A stretch of 56,014 nt of DNA from Candidatus Blautia pullicola (GCA_019116635.1 DXBG01000030.1:1-56014), one strand, 5' to 3'; positions 8,685-18,432 are shown, numbered from the stretch's first letter. The notes: generated by a model from the sequence alone, not told the origin. Numbers and translations: made by a program.

Positions 8685-11600
8685 ATGATGCAGAAGAACA
8701 GGAAAGAAACCATGGACGGCAATACAGCGGCAGCAATGGCGTCCTATTACTTTACAGAGGTTGCGGCTATTTATCCGATAACACCCTCCTCCCCTATGGC
8801 GGAGGCTGTGGACAAATGGGCGTCTCAGGGAAAGAAGAATATTTTTGGCAGGCCGGTCAGACTGATTGAAATGCAATCGGAAGGCGGAGCGGCAGGAACT
8901 CTTCACGGCAGTCTTCAGGCCGGAGCTCTGTCCTCTACCTATACCTCTTCCCAGGGGTTATTGCTGATGATACCTAATCTATATAAAATTGCGGGAGAAC
9001 TGCTTCCCGGTGTGCTTCATGTGAGCGCCAGGTCCCTGGCCTCCAATGCATTGAGTATTTTCGGAGACCACCAGGATGTGATGAGCATTCGTCAGACAGG
9101 AATGGCTTTGCTTGCCTCCGGCTCTGTGCAGGAATGTATGGATTTAGGGTGTATTGCCCATTTATCAGCAATCGGTGCCAGACTTCCCTTTGTTCATTTT
9201 TTTGATGGATTCCGAACCTCCCATGAAATACAGAAAATTGAAGTGATAGAGGAAGAAACAGTAAAAAAACTGGTGGATTGGGAAGGAATAAAGAAGTTTA
9301 GGGACAGGGCTTTAAATCCGGACCATCCTGTTTTAAGAGGAACCACACAGAATCCGGATATTTTCTTTCAAGAGAGAGAGGCTGTAAATAGATTCTATGA
9401 CAAGCTGCCGGAGCTGGTACAGCAATATATGGACAGGCTGCAGGAGGAAACAGGGAGACAGTATCATCTGTTTGATTACTATGGTGCCGGCAATCCTTCT
9501 GTTGTTTTGGTTGCTATGGGTTCTGTCTGTGAAGTAATTAAGGAGACTCTGGATTATCTGAATAAACAGGAAGAGAAATATGGTTTGGTCCAGGTTCGCC
9601 TGTTTCGTCCCTTTTCTGCCTGTGATTTTTTGCAGGCTTTTCCGAAAAGTACGAAAACAGTGGTGGTATTAGACCGCACGAAAGAGCCGGGTGCAACAGG
9701 AGAGCCTTTGTATCAGGAGGTATGCGCCGCATTTAGGGCTGTGGATAAGAGTCCAAGGATTATTGGCGGGCGTTACGGCCTGGCTTCTAAGGATTTCAGG
9801 CCAAGTGATGTGAGAGCTGTTTTGAGAAATGGGGAACAGGAGTATCCGGTAGAAGGATTTACTGTAGGTATCCTGGATGACATTACAGGACATTCCCTTC
9901 CGGCAGAAAAGAATTTCCCGGATACTGCAGCAAAAGGAACCATAAACTGCAAATTTTGGGGACTGGGTTCAGACGGTACGGTAAGTGCGAATAAGTCTGC
10001 AGTGAAAATTATTGGAAATCATACGAATAAATATGTGCAGGCTTATTTTGCCTATGATTCTAAAAAGTCGGGAGGAATCACCATTTCCCATCTGCGCTTT
10101 GGAGACAGTCCTATCCGTTCGTCCTATTTGGTGGAACATGGGGACTATATTGCCTGTCATAACCAGGCTTATGTAAAGGATTATGACCTGCTGGAAGGAA
10201 TAAAGGAAAATGGAATTTTTCTTCTGAATTGTATTTGGGATGAGCAGCAGCTGAGCAAGCATTTGCCAGAGGCCATGAAGCAGACTATTTTGAATAAAAA
10301 CATCCGCTTTTACACCATAAACGGAGCACAATTGGCAGAAGAACTGGGGCTTGGCCGCCGTATCAATATGATTATGCAGACGGCATTTTTTGCCCTGACG
10401 AAAATGATTCCCCTGGACCAGGCCATGTCTTATCTGGAACAGGAAGTACGGAAAAATTACGGACATCAGGGGCAGAAAGTGATAGATATGAATGTTGAGG
10501 CTATCCGTCAGTCGGTTCAGCGCTTACATAAAGTAAATCTCGGCGCTTTAAAAACCAATGTCTGTGAGGAACAGATACAGGAAATTCATACAGGGTCAGA
10601 TAAGCTGGATTTTTTTGTAAACCGTATTATGATGCCCATGAACCGGCAGCAGGGAGACAAAATTCCGGTTAGTGCTTTTCAGGGTATTGAAGACGGTACC
10701 TTTCCTATTGGTACCACACAATATGAAAAAAGAGGAATTGCCTTAGAAGTTCCCGACTGGAATCCACAGGCCTGCCTGCAGTGCAACCGCTGCTCTTTTG
10801 TGTGTCCTCATGGGGTTTTGCGTCCACAATTACTGACAGAAGAGGAAAGGGAGAATGCCCCGGAGAAAGTACGAAACCAGGCCGGTCCTGCTAAGGGGTA
10901 TAAAGGCCAGTATTTTTATATGGGATTTTCTCCCCTGGATTGCACAGGCTGCGGAAACTGTATCAATGTATGCCCGGCGGGAAATTCTGCTTTGCAGATG
11001 ATTCCTCTGGAACAGAGAGCGGCGGAAGAGGAAGAGAGCTGGGATTGGATTTCAAAGCGCCCTTTGCAGAAAACCGTAGAGAAGAACGGCTGCAGTGTGA
11101 AGGAAAGCCAGTTTTTGCCGGCTTACTTTGAATTTTCAGGGGCCTGTGCGGGATGCGGGGAGACCCCCTATGCCAGGCTGATTACACAGCTTTTCGGAGA
11201 CAGAATGATGATTTCCAACTCTGCGGGATGTGCAACCGTGTGGGGAGGAAGCGCACCTGCAGTACCTTACCGGAAAGATAGGGAGGGACATGGACCTGCC
11301 TGGGGCTTCTCTCTTTTTGAAGATAATGCGGAATATGGGTTAGGCATGTATCTGGGATACCAGGCTATTAGGGAGGAAGTTAAAGACCAGGTGGAAGAAA
11401 TTTTATCCGGGCTTTCGGCTTCTGACAACGAGGATAAAGAACTGGAAAGAACTATCAGGCAGTGGCTGGAAGGATTCACGGATTCCAAGGACACAAGAAA
11501 ACGTGGAGAAGCGTTGAAAAAGGAGCTGGAGAAAAACCAGGAGATAAAAGGAGCAAGGGATGTTCTTCAGAGGGCAGACTATTTTATCAAACGTTCCAAT

Positions 11601-12257
11601 TGGATATTCGGGGGAGATGGATGGGCCTATGATATTGGTTATGGAGGTTTAGACCATGTGCTGTCCACGGGTGCAGATATAAATGTAATGGTTTTTGATA
11701 CAGAGGTTTATTCCAACACAGGAGGACAATCCTCTAAGTCAACGCCAAAGGCTGCCATAGCTAAATTTTCCGCTGGGGGAAAACAAAGAAAAAAGAAAGA
11801 ATTAGGTATGATGGCGGCTCAGTATGGAGATGTATATGTGGCTCAGATTGCTATGGGGGCAGACCCGTCTCAGGCCATAAAAGCCATTCAGGAAGCGGAG
11901 AGCTATCCGGGACCGTCTTTAATCATAGGTTATGCACCTTGTATCAATCATGGAATTAAAGGCGGGATGGGGCGAACCCAGGAACAGCAGAAGAGAGCGG
12001 TAGAAGCCGGATATTGGAATTTGTACCGCTATGACCCCAGAAGAAAGCAAAGAGGAAAAAATCCTTTTGTTCTGGATTCTAAGGCGCCCAAAGCCGGATT
12101 TAGGGATTTCCTTATGAGTGAGGTACGATTTGTTTCACTGACAAAACAAAATCCGGAACTGGCGGAAGAATTATTCGCCCAGGCAGAAGAGGAAGCCAGA
12201 GAACGTTATGAAAGATATAAAAAATGGAGCATGGAGAAACAGGGGGGAGAAAGTTGA
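8685..12257 (+). CDS. nifJ: Pyruvate:ferredoxin (flavodoxin) oxidoreductase, single-chain type
   Basis: YPITPS, QSEGGAAG, two CxxCxxCxxxCP ferredoxin motifs, ACAGCGE, GGDGW..NTGGQ TPP motif; ATG at 8685. Confidence 0.95.
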   Translation: MMQKNRKETMDGNTAAAMASYYFTEVAAIYPITPSSPMAEAVDKWASQGKKNIFGRPVRLIEMQSEGGAAGTLHGSLQAGALSSTYTSSQGLLLMIPNLYKIAGELLPGVLHVSARSLASNALSIFGDHQDVMSIRQTGMALLASGSVQECMDLGCIAHLSAIGARLPFVHFFDGFRTSHEIQKIEVIEEETVKKLVDWEGIKKFRDRALNPDHPVLRGTTQNPDIFFQEREAVNRFYDKLPELVQQYMDRLQEETGRQYHLFDYYGAGNPSVVLVAMGSVCEVIKETLDYLNKQEEKYGLVQVRLFRPFSACDFLQAFPKSTKTVVVLDRTKEPGATGEPLYQEVCAAFRAVDKSPRIIGGRYGLASKDFRPSDVRAVLRNGEQEYPVEGFTVGILDDITGHSLPAEKNFPDTAAKGTINCKFWGLGSDGTVSANKSAVKIIGNHTNKYVQAYFAYDSKKSGGITISHLRFGDSPIRSSYLVEHGDYIACHNQAYVKDYDLLEGIKENGIFLLNCIWDEQQLSKHLPEAMKQTILNKNIRFYTINGAQLAEELGLGRRINMIMQTAFFALTKMIPLDQAMSYLEQEVRKNYGHQGQKVIDMNVEAIRQSVQRLHKVNLGALKTNVCEEQIQEIHTGSDKLDFFVNRIMMPMNRQQGDKIPVSAFQGIEDGTFPIGTTQYEKRGIALEVPDWNPQACLQCNRCSFVCPHGVLRPQLLTEEERENAPEKVRNQAGPAKGYKGQYFYMGFSPLDCTGCGNCINVCPAGNSALQMIPLEQRAAEEEESWDWISKRPLQKTVEKNGCSVKESQFLPAYFEFSGACAGCGETPYARLITQLFGDRMMISNSAGCATVWGGSAPAVPYRKDREGHGPAWGFSLFEDNAEYGLGMYLGYQAIREEVKDQVEEILSGLSASDNEDKELERTIRQWLEGFTDSKDTRKRGEALKKELEKNQEIKGARDVLQRADYFIKRSNWIFGGDGWAYDIGYGGLDHVLSTGADINVMVFDTEVYSNTGGQSSKSTPKAAIAKFSAGGKQRKKKELGMMAAQYGDVYVAQIAMGADPSQAIKAIQEAESYPGPSLIIGYAPCINHGIKGGMGRTQEQQKRAVEAGYWNLYRYDPRRKQRGKNPFVLDSKAPKAGFRDFLMSEVRFVSLTKQNPELAEELFAQAEEEARERYERYKKWSMEKQGGES

Positions 12258-12562
12258 AGCCAACCGGAATTTTAATCCATCCCTCAGACCAGGTCATAAC
12301 CCTGACCGAGGGAGCCAAGGCGGGTGAAGCCGTTTGCTATACCATGGACGGCAGTATACATAGCCAGAGGGCAAAAGAAGATATTCCTCAGTATCATAAA
12401 ATGGCCATTCAGGAAATGAAGAAGGGACAGATGGTCCGCAAATATGGAGAAGAAATCGGCAGGACCACAGAGGACATTTTGCCGGGCGCATGGGTTCATG
12501 TGCATAATCTGCAAAGTGCCTGCATGATGCAGGATAAGGGATGCAGGGAGGAAGAGAGATGA
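12254..12562 (+). CDS. UxaA/GarD/SuyA-type dehydratase small (SAF) subunit
   Basis: IPQYHKMA..VRKYGEEIG..GAWVHVHNL motif; TTG start overlaps the PFOR stop (TTGA) behind GGGAG. Confidence 0.85.
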   Translation: MKPTGILIHPSDQVITLTEGAKAGEAVCYTMDGSIHSQRAKEDIPQYHKMAIQEMKKGQMVRKYGEEIGRTTEDILPGAWVHVHNLQSACMMQDKGCREEER

Positions 12563-13719
12563 AGATAAAGGGCTATCGAAGGCCGGACGGGAAGTTTGGA
12601 ATCCGGAATCATGTGCTGATTCTGCCATGTTCACTCTGCGCCAGTGAAACAGCAAGATTTGCGGCCCAGAAGACAGAGGGTGCTGTTTATGTAGCCAACC
12701 AGGGCGGCTGTTCTTTGAGCAGGCGGGACTTGAAAGTGACGCTGGAGACTTTGTCCGGGCTGGCGGCAAATCCCAATGTATACGGAACTGTTCTGGTGGG
12801 AAATGGGTGTGAAGTAGTGCAGGCTTCGTTATTGGCTGAAAGAATCAGAGAAAAAACCTGCAAACCATTGGAGGTATTAGTTCTGAGAGAAGAAGGAGGA
12901 AGTCTTAAAGCAGAGGAACATATCATAGAACTGGCAAAAGCCATGAGAAAGCAGGCGGATTTGCTTCCGCTACAGGAGGCGGATATTTCGGAGCTGGTGA
13001 TGGGGACAGAATGTGGAGGTTCTGACCCTACCTCCGGACTGGCAGCTAATCCGGTGGTGGGAAAGTGCAGTGATTTATTGGTAAGCCATGGAGGAACAGT
13101 GATTTTGTCAGAAACTCCGGAAATGATTGGAGCTGAAAAAATCCTGGCAGCCCGCTGCGAAAAACAGGATGTAAAAGAAAAGCTTTTAAAAACCATCAAA
13201 GACTTTGAGGAAGATTTTCTCTGTGTAGGAGAGAATCCCAGAAACGGAAATCCTACGCCAGGCAATATTGCAGGAGGAATTACTACTTTGGAGGAAAAGT
13301 CTCTTGGCTGTGTACATAAAGCAGGGACTACGGTTATCCGGGAAGTAGTAGGGTATGGTGAACCTATTTCAGAAAAAGGGCTGGTGGTGATGGATACACC
13401 GGGGCAGGATGTAGCCTCTATTGTGGGAATGGCAGCTGCCGGAGCTCAGGTGGCAGTATTTACTACAGGGCACGGTACGCCTACGGGTTCCGGTCTTATC
13501 CCGGTAATTAAACTGACGGCAAACCAGGAGACGGCCAGGCTGATGGCGGATAACATAGATTATGACTGCAGCCCGGTTCTTACCCAGGGAAAAGAACTGG
13601 AAACCGCCGGAGAGGAATTATTTGAGATGGTACTGAGAGTGGCCCGGGGAGAAAAGCCAAAAGCAGAACTGCTGGGTTTTCAGGATGTTTCCATGGCCAG
13701 ATACTGCAATTTTGCATAG
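12559..13719 (+). CDS. UxaA/GarD/SuyB-type dehydratase large subunit
   Basis: GYRRPDGKFGIRN, ECGGSD, ETPE, GNPTPGN..GGITTLEEKSLG, MDTPG, FTTGHG motifs; ATGA overlap with the small subunit. Confidence 0.9.
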   Translation: MKIKGYRRPDGKFGIRNHVLILPCSLCASETARFAAQKTEGAVYVANQGGCSLSRRDLKVTLETLSGLAANPNVYGTVLVGNGCEVVQASLLAERIREKTCKPLEVLVLREEGGSLKAEEHIIELAKAMRKQADLLPLQEADISELVMGTECGGSDPTSGLAANPVVGKCSDLLVSHGGTVILSETPEMIGAEKILAARCEKQDVKEKLLKTIKDFEEDFLCVGENPRNGNPTPGNIAGGITTLEEKSLGCVHKAGTTVIREVVGYGEPISEKGLVVMDTPGQDVASIVGMAAAGAQVAVFTTGHGTPTGSGLIPVIKLTANQETARLMADNIDYDCSPVLTQGKELETAGEELFEMVLRVARGEKPKAELLGFQDVSMARYCNFA

Positions 13720-13734
13720 AGAGGGGAGAAAGCA

Positions 13735-15213
13735 ATGAGTTTAATGACGGCTCAGGAATATATAGAAAGCCTGAGAAAATTAAAGACAGTGGTATATCTG
13801 TTTGGGGAAAGGGTGGATAATTTCGTAGACCATCCTATTATTCGCCCATCTGTAAACTCTGTGGCCATGACTTATGCCTTGGCCCAGAATCCCCAATACA
13901 AAGAAATTATGACAACAGTATCCCATTTGACAGGGGAGAGAATCAATCGCTTTTGTCATATTCATCAGAGCAGGGAAGACCTGGTAAATAAAGTGAAAAT
14001 GCAGAGGATATTGGGCCAGAAAACAGGAGCCTGCTTTCAAAGATGTGTGGGAATGGATGCTTTTAATGCAGTTTATTCTACAACCTATGAAACAGACCAG
14101 AAATATGGAACTGTTTATCACCGGCGTTTCTGCGATTATATGAGATATGTACAGGAAAAGGATTTAACGGTAGACGGCGCTATGACAGACCCTAAGGGGG
14201 ACAGAAGCCTGTCGCCTGGCAGGCAGGAAGACCCGGATATGTATCTGCATATTGTAGAGAAGCGGAGAGATGGGATTGTCGTAACAGGGGCAAAGGCTCA
14301 TCAGACCGGAGCGGTAAATTCTCACGAACAGCTTATCATGCCTACCATAGCCATGAAGGAAGAGGATAAAGCCTATGCAGTATGTTTTGCCGTACCTTCT
14401 GACGCCCAGGGAATTACCATGATTTATGGACGCCAGTCCTGTGATACAAGGAAATTAGAGGACAATGGATGCATGGACTGCGGCAACTGTAAATTTGGAG
14501 GGCAGGAAGCCCTGGTTGTATTTGAGAATGTTTTCGTGCCTTGGGAGAGAGTCTTCTTATGTGAGGAGTATGAGTTTGCCGGAGTCTTGGTGGAGCGTTT
14601 TGCCGGTTACCACAGACAGAGCTATGGAGGCTGTAAGGCGGGAGTAGGAGATGTGCTGATTGGAGCAGCGGCTGTGGCGGCAGAGTATAACGGTGTGGAG
14701 AAGGCTTCTCACATTAAAGATAAACTCATTGAAATGATGCATTTGAATGAGACCTTGTATTGCTGCGGCATTGCCTGTTCGGCAGAAGGAAAAGCTACCC
14801 TGTCAGGGAATTATCAGATAAATACCCTTTTGGCTAATGTGTGCAAGCAGAATGTTACCAGATACCCTTATGAAATTGCAAGACTGGCAGAGGATATTGC
14901 CGGGGGTCTTATGGTGACTATGCCTTCAGAACAGGATTTTCATTCTCCGGAAGTGGGAGAATTGTGTAAAAAATATTTTAAGGGAAGCAGCACTGCAGAT
15001 GTGATGGACCGTATGAAAATACTGCGTCTGATAGAAAGTATGACCCTGGGGGCAGGTGCTGTGGGGTATCGTACCGAGTCTCTTCATGGTGCAGGAAGCC
15101 CTCAGGCCCAAAGGATTATGATTGGCAGGCAGGGAGGGCTGGAAGAGAAAAAGAAGCTGGCCCAGGCTATTGCGGGAATCCAGAGAGGACAAAAAGAGAA
15201 TGAAAACAGATAG
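13735..15213 (+). CDS. abfD: 4-hydroxybutyryl-CoA dehydratase / vinylacetyl-CoA isomerase
   Basis: CFQRCVGMD and YHRQSYGGCK Fe-S ligands; GAMTDPKGDR, GAKAHQTG, ESLHGAGSPQAQ. Confidence 0.92.
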   Translation: MSLMTAQEYIESLRKLKTVVYLFGERVDNFVDHPIIRPSVNSVAMTYALAQNPQYKEIMTTVSHLTGERINRFCHIHQSREDLVNKVKMQRILGQKTGACFQRCVGMDAFNAVYSTTYETDQKYGTVYHRRFCDYMRYVQEKDLTVDGAMTDPKGDRSLSPGRQEDPDMYLHIVEKRRDGIVVTGAKAHQTGAVNSHEQLIMPTIAMKEEDKAYAVCFAVPSDAQGITMIYGRQSCDTRKLEDNGCMDCGNCKFGGQEALVVFENVFVPWERVFLCEEYEFAGVLVERFAGYHRQSYGGCKAGVGDVLIGAAAVAAEYNGVEKASHIKDKLIEMMHLNETLYCCGIACSAEGKATLSGNYQINTLLANVCKQNVTRYPYEIARLAEDIAGGLMVTMPSEQDFHSPEVGELCKKYFKGSSTADVMDRMKILRLIESMTLGAGAVGYRTESLHGAGSPQAQRIMIGRQGGLEEKKKLAQAIAGIQRGQKENENR

Positions 15214-16420
15214 GAAAATACCAATGCTTAAACAGGATGGTGACAGAATTGTTCTTGCCGGCGCCTGCCGGACTCCTATAGGCGTTATGGGGGGAACCCT
15301 GAAAGCGGTGCCTGCAGCAGAACTGGGAGCGATTGTAATCCGGGAGGCTCTTCGCCGCAGCCATATACCGAAGGAGGAAGTGGACCAGGTGTATATGGGG
15401 TGTGTCATACAGGCAGGGCAGGGACAGAATGTGGCCCGCCAAGCCGCTGTAAAAGCAGGAATTCCAGTGGAGGTGCCTGCAGTTACAATGAATGTTGTAT
15501 GCGGTTCCGGGCTGAACTGTGTAAATCAGGCAGCGGAAATGATAAAGGCAGGGGATGCAGAAATCGTTGTAGCGGGGGGCATGGAAAACATGACAATGTC
15601 CCCCTATGCTGTGACCCAGGGCAGGTATGGGTATCGTATGGGGGATGGAACCTTGGTGGATACCATGGTGAAAGACGCACTGACAGATGCCTTTTATCAA
15701 TACCATATGGGAATTACTGCGGAAAATATTGCGGAAAAATGGAATATCACCAGGGAAGAGCAGGACAGTTTTGCAGCCTGGAGTCAATCCAAGGCCGCAA
15801 GAGCCAGACAAGAGGGGCGATTTAAAGAAGAGATTGTTCCTGTCACAGTAGAAAGTAAAAAACAGACCATAGTTTTTGCTGAGGATGAAGGAATCCGGCC
15901 GGAAACTACGGCAGAAAGTATCGGAAGATTACGGCCTGCTTTTAAAGAAAACGGTACAGTTACAGCAGCTAATTCTTCCGGAATCAATGATGGGGCCGCT
16001 GCGGTTGTAGTGCTTAGTGAGCGAAAGGCCATAGAGCTTGGCGTGACGCCTATGGCTATATGGAAGGCAGGAGCTTTGGCCGGAGTGGAGCCGGCTGTTA
16101 TGGGAATCGGACCTGTGGCGGCAGTCCGGAAGATAATGAAAAAGACAGGATACAAAATAGACGATTTCGACCTTGTAGAAGCCAATGAAGCCTTTGCAGC
16201 CCAGGCTTTAGCTGTATCAAAAGAATTGGAAATTCACAGCAGCAGATTGAATGTAAATGGAGGAGCTATAGCATTGGGGCATCCGGTAGGAGCATCAGGC
16301 TGCAGGATTTTAGTTACCCTTCTTTATGAAATGGAGAGAAGAAATGCCGGAAGAGGGCTTGCGGCTCTTTGCATTGGCGGGGGTATGGGGTGCGCCGCTG
16401 TGGTGGAAAGAGAAACATAG
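15200..16420 (+). CDS. thlA: Acetyl-CoA acetyltransferase (thiolase)
   Basis: VCGSG, NEAFAAQ, GHPVGASG, LCIGGG motifs. Confidence 0.95.
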   Translation: MKTDRKIPMLKQDGDRIVLAGACRTPIGVMGGTLKAVPAAELGAIVIREALRRSHIPKEEVDQVYMGCVIQAGQGQNVARQAAVKAGIPVEVPAVTMNVVCGSGLNCVNQAAEMIKAGDAEIVVAGGMENMTMSPYAVTQGRYGYRMGDGTLVDTMVKDALTDAFYQYHMGITAENIAEKWNITREEQDSFAAWSQSKAARARQEGRFKEEIVPVTVESKKQTIVFAEDEGIRPETTAESIGRLRPAFKENGTVTAANSSGINDGAAAVVVLSERKAIELGVTPMAIWKAGALAGVEPAVMGIGPVAAVRKIMKKTGYKIDDFDLVEANEAFAAQALAVSKELEIHSSRLNVNGGAIALGHPVGASGCRILVTLLYEMERRNAGRGLAALCIGGGMGCAAVVERET

Positions 16421-16441
16421 GATACAGAAGGTGAGCAAAAA

Positions 16442-17218
16442 ATGGAATATGTATTATATGAGGAGCAAAAGAATATAGGGATTCTTACTCTTTCCCGGCA
16501 GGAGGCGCTGAATGCCCTGAACAGTCATATTTTGACAGAATTGGAAGCAGCTTTAGATGGTATAGATACCGGTAATATCCGCTGCCTTATTCTGACCGGA
16601 CAGGGGAAGAAGGCCTTTGCAGCAGGAGCTGACATTGGAGAAATGTGCAGCCTGTCTCCCCAAGAGGCAGAAAAATTCGGAAAAAAAGGTAATGCTGTTT
16701 TCAGAAAGATAGAAAATTTTCCCATACCAGTGGTAGCTGCTGTAAACGGCTTTGCCTTAGGCGGAGGCTGTGAATTAGCTATGTGCTGCGACATACGCAT
16801 CTGCTCAGAAAATGCTGTATTCGGCCAGCCGGAAGTAGGACTTGGCATCATTCCCGGTTTCGGGGGAACCCAGAGACTGCCACGTTTAGTAGGTCTTTCT
16901 GCAGCAAAACAGATGCTTTATACAGGGCAAAATATAGATGCAGAGGAGGCTTTGAGGATTGGCCTGGTCAGCATGGTGTGTCCGGCTGAACTGCTTATGG
17001 AAAAGGCTTTATATCTGGCGGATAAGATTTGTAAAAATGCTCCTATTGCAGTGAAAAATTGTAAGAAAGCAATAAATCAGGGAATAGAGTGTGAGATAGA
17101 CCAGGGAGTAGCTGTAGAATCCAGATTATTCGGAAGCTGTTTTGCAAGTCAGGACCAAAAAGAGGGTATGACAGCCTTTTTAGAAAAAAGAAAGACGAAA
17201 AATTTCAGGAACAAATAG
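16442..17218 (+). CDS. crt: Short-chain enoyl-CoA hydratase (crotonase)
   Basis: AGADI, NGFALGGGCE, QPEVGLGIIPGFGGTQRL motifs. Confidence 0.93.
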   Translation: MEYVLYEEQKNIGILTLSRQEALNALNSHILTELEAALDGIDTGNIRCLILTGQGKKAFAAGADIGEMCSLSPQEAEKFGKKGNAVFRKIENFPIPVVAAVNGFALGGGCELAMCCDIRICSENAVFGQPEVGLGIIPGFGGTQRLPRLVGLSAAKQMLYTGQNIDAEEALRIGLVSMVCPAELLMEKALYLADKICKNAPIAVKNCKKAINQGIECEIDQGVAVESRLFGSCFASQDQKEGMTAFLEKRKTKNFRNK

Positions 17219-17232
17219 GAGGGAAAGGGTGT

Positions 17233-18072
17233 ATGAAAGTTGGGGTTATGGGCGCCGGAACTATGGGGACAGGGATTGCCCAGGTGTTTGCCCAGAGCGG
17301 AATTCATAAGGTGCTGCTATGTGATTTAAATTTGGAATTAGCCCGGAAAGGGAAAGATAAAATTGCCCGGAATCTGAAGGACAGAGTAGAAAAGGGAAAG
17401 ATAAAGAGAGAAGAAGCCATGGAAATTCTTTCTGCTATTTCAGTAGGGGTGGCAGAAGACTGTACAGACTGTAATCTCATTATTGAGGCCGCAGTAGAAA
17501 ATATGGAAATCAAGCGCAGTACCTTCCAAAAACTGCAGAGTATTTGTTCCGGGGATTGTATCTTTGCCACCAATACCTCTTCCCTATCGGTAACGGAAAT
17601 TGGCGCCGGAATTAACAGGACGGTTGTAGGCCTGCATTTTTTCAACCCGGCGCCGGTTATGAAGCTAGTGGAAATTATTCCGGCTTTAGATACCCCTTCC
17701 CAGACCATAGCAGAGCTAAAAAAAATAGTGGAAACCATAGGAAAGGTTCCGGTTCAAATAGAAGAATCTCCCGGCTTTGCAGTAAACAGAATCTTGATTC
17801 CTATGATAAATGAGGCTGTGGGTATCTTAGCAGAAGGGGCTGCGAAAGCGGAGGACATTGATACAGCCATGAAATTAGGGGCCAATCATCCCATGGGACC
17901 TTTAGAATTGGGGGATTTGATTGGACTGGATATTGTTTTGGACATTATGGAAGTGCTTCAGAAAGAGACAGGAGATTCCAAATACCGTCCCCATCCCTAT
18001 CTGAGAAAAATGGTAAGAGGGAAAAAATTAGGGAGGAAGACAGGGGAAGGGTTTTATATCTATGAAAAATAA
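17233..18072 (+). CDS. hbd: 3-hydroxybutyryl-CoA dehydrogenase
   Basis: GAGTMG, TNTSSL, HFFNPAPVMKLVE, NHPMGP, GRKTGEGFY motifs. Confidence 0.93.
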   Translation: MKVGVMGAGTMGTGIAQVFAQSGIHKVLLCDLNLELARKGKDKIARNLKDRVEKGKIKREEAMEILSAISVGVAEDCTDCNLIIEAAVENMEIKRSTFQKLQSICSGDCIFATNTSSLSVTEIGAGINRTVVGLHFFNPAPVMKLVEIIPALDTPSQTIAELKKIVETIGKVPVQIEESPGFAVNRILIPMINEAVGILAEGAAKAEDIDTAMKLGANHPMGPLELGDLIGLDIVLDIMEVLQKETGDSKYRPHPYLRKMVRGKKLGRKTGEGFYIYEK

Positions 18073-18081
18073 GAGGATACT

Positions 18082-18176
18082 CTCTCTGCATGAGGGCGTG
18101 TGTTCTTGTGCAGAGAGGTAAGTATGCTTATGCAGAAATTTCCCAAGGATATAGAGGGAGAATTTCTGCATATTTT
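18082..18176 (+). terminator. Two consecutive hairpins ending the hbd operon; the second is a probable intrinsic terminator
   Basis: CTCTCTGCA/TGCAGAGAG stem (18082-18117) extended by G-U pairs; TATGCAGAAATT/AATTTCTGCATA stem (18129-18172) followed by TTTT. Confidence 0.75.
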
Positions 18177-18202
18177 ATATCAATTCTTTAATGAGTAAGT
18201 GT

Positions 18203-18227
18203 GCTTATTTTGCACAAAGAAATAAGC
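18203..18227. promoter_or_regulatory. ROK-family operator 1
   Basis: GCTTATTT-N9-AAATAAGC dyad, matching the NagC/Mlc-type TTATTT-N9-AAATAA form. Confidence 0.65.
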
Positions 18228-18326
18228 TTATCCTTCATTCTTTTCCTGCAAAAAGAAAAACTGCATAAAACTAAGATTTGAATTCTGGAAAACTTGCCTA
18301 AATTTTTGCTGGAAAACTAAAATAAA

Positions 18327-18377
18327 TTGACAATCTTTCCTGTTTTATATATACTTAATTTGAATTAAAAAATAAGT
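18327..18377 (+). promoter_or_regulatory. SigmaA promoter P1 with overlapping ROK operator 2
   Basis: TTGACA(18327)-17 bp-TATACT(18350); operator ACTTAATTTGAATTAAAAAATAAGT at 18353-18377. Confidence 0.75.
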
Positions 18378-18432
18378 TTATGGCCGTAAGCTTAATTCAC
18401 TAAGGTTTTTTGGCAAAATCTATGGTAGGTTA

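Noticed and set aside
12254-13719. Frameshifted uxaA pseudogene, or a definite suyAB call
   Set aside because: The two ORFs have their own RBS and an ATGA coupling, matching the natural two-subunit form; no sulfonate or sulfite-handling genes are nearby to support suyAB.
13735-18072. Standard butyrate-synthesis operon
   Set aside because: bcd, etfAB and a terminal CoA-transferase or kinase are absent from the window, so butyrate production cannot be inferred from it.
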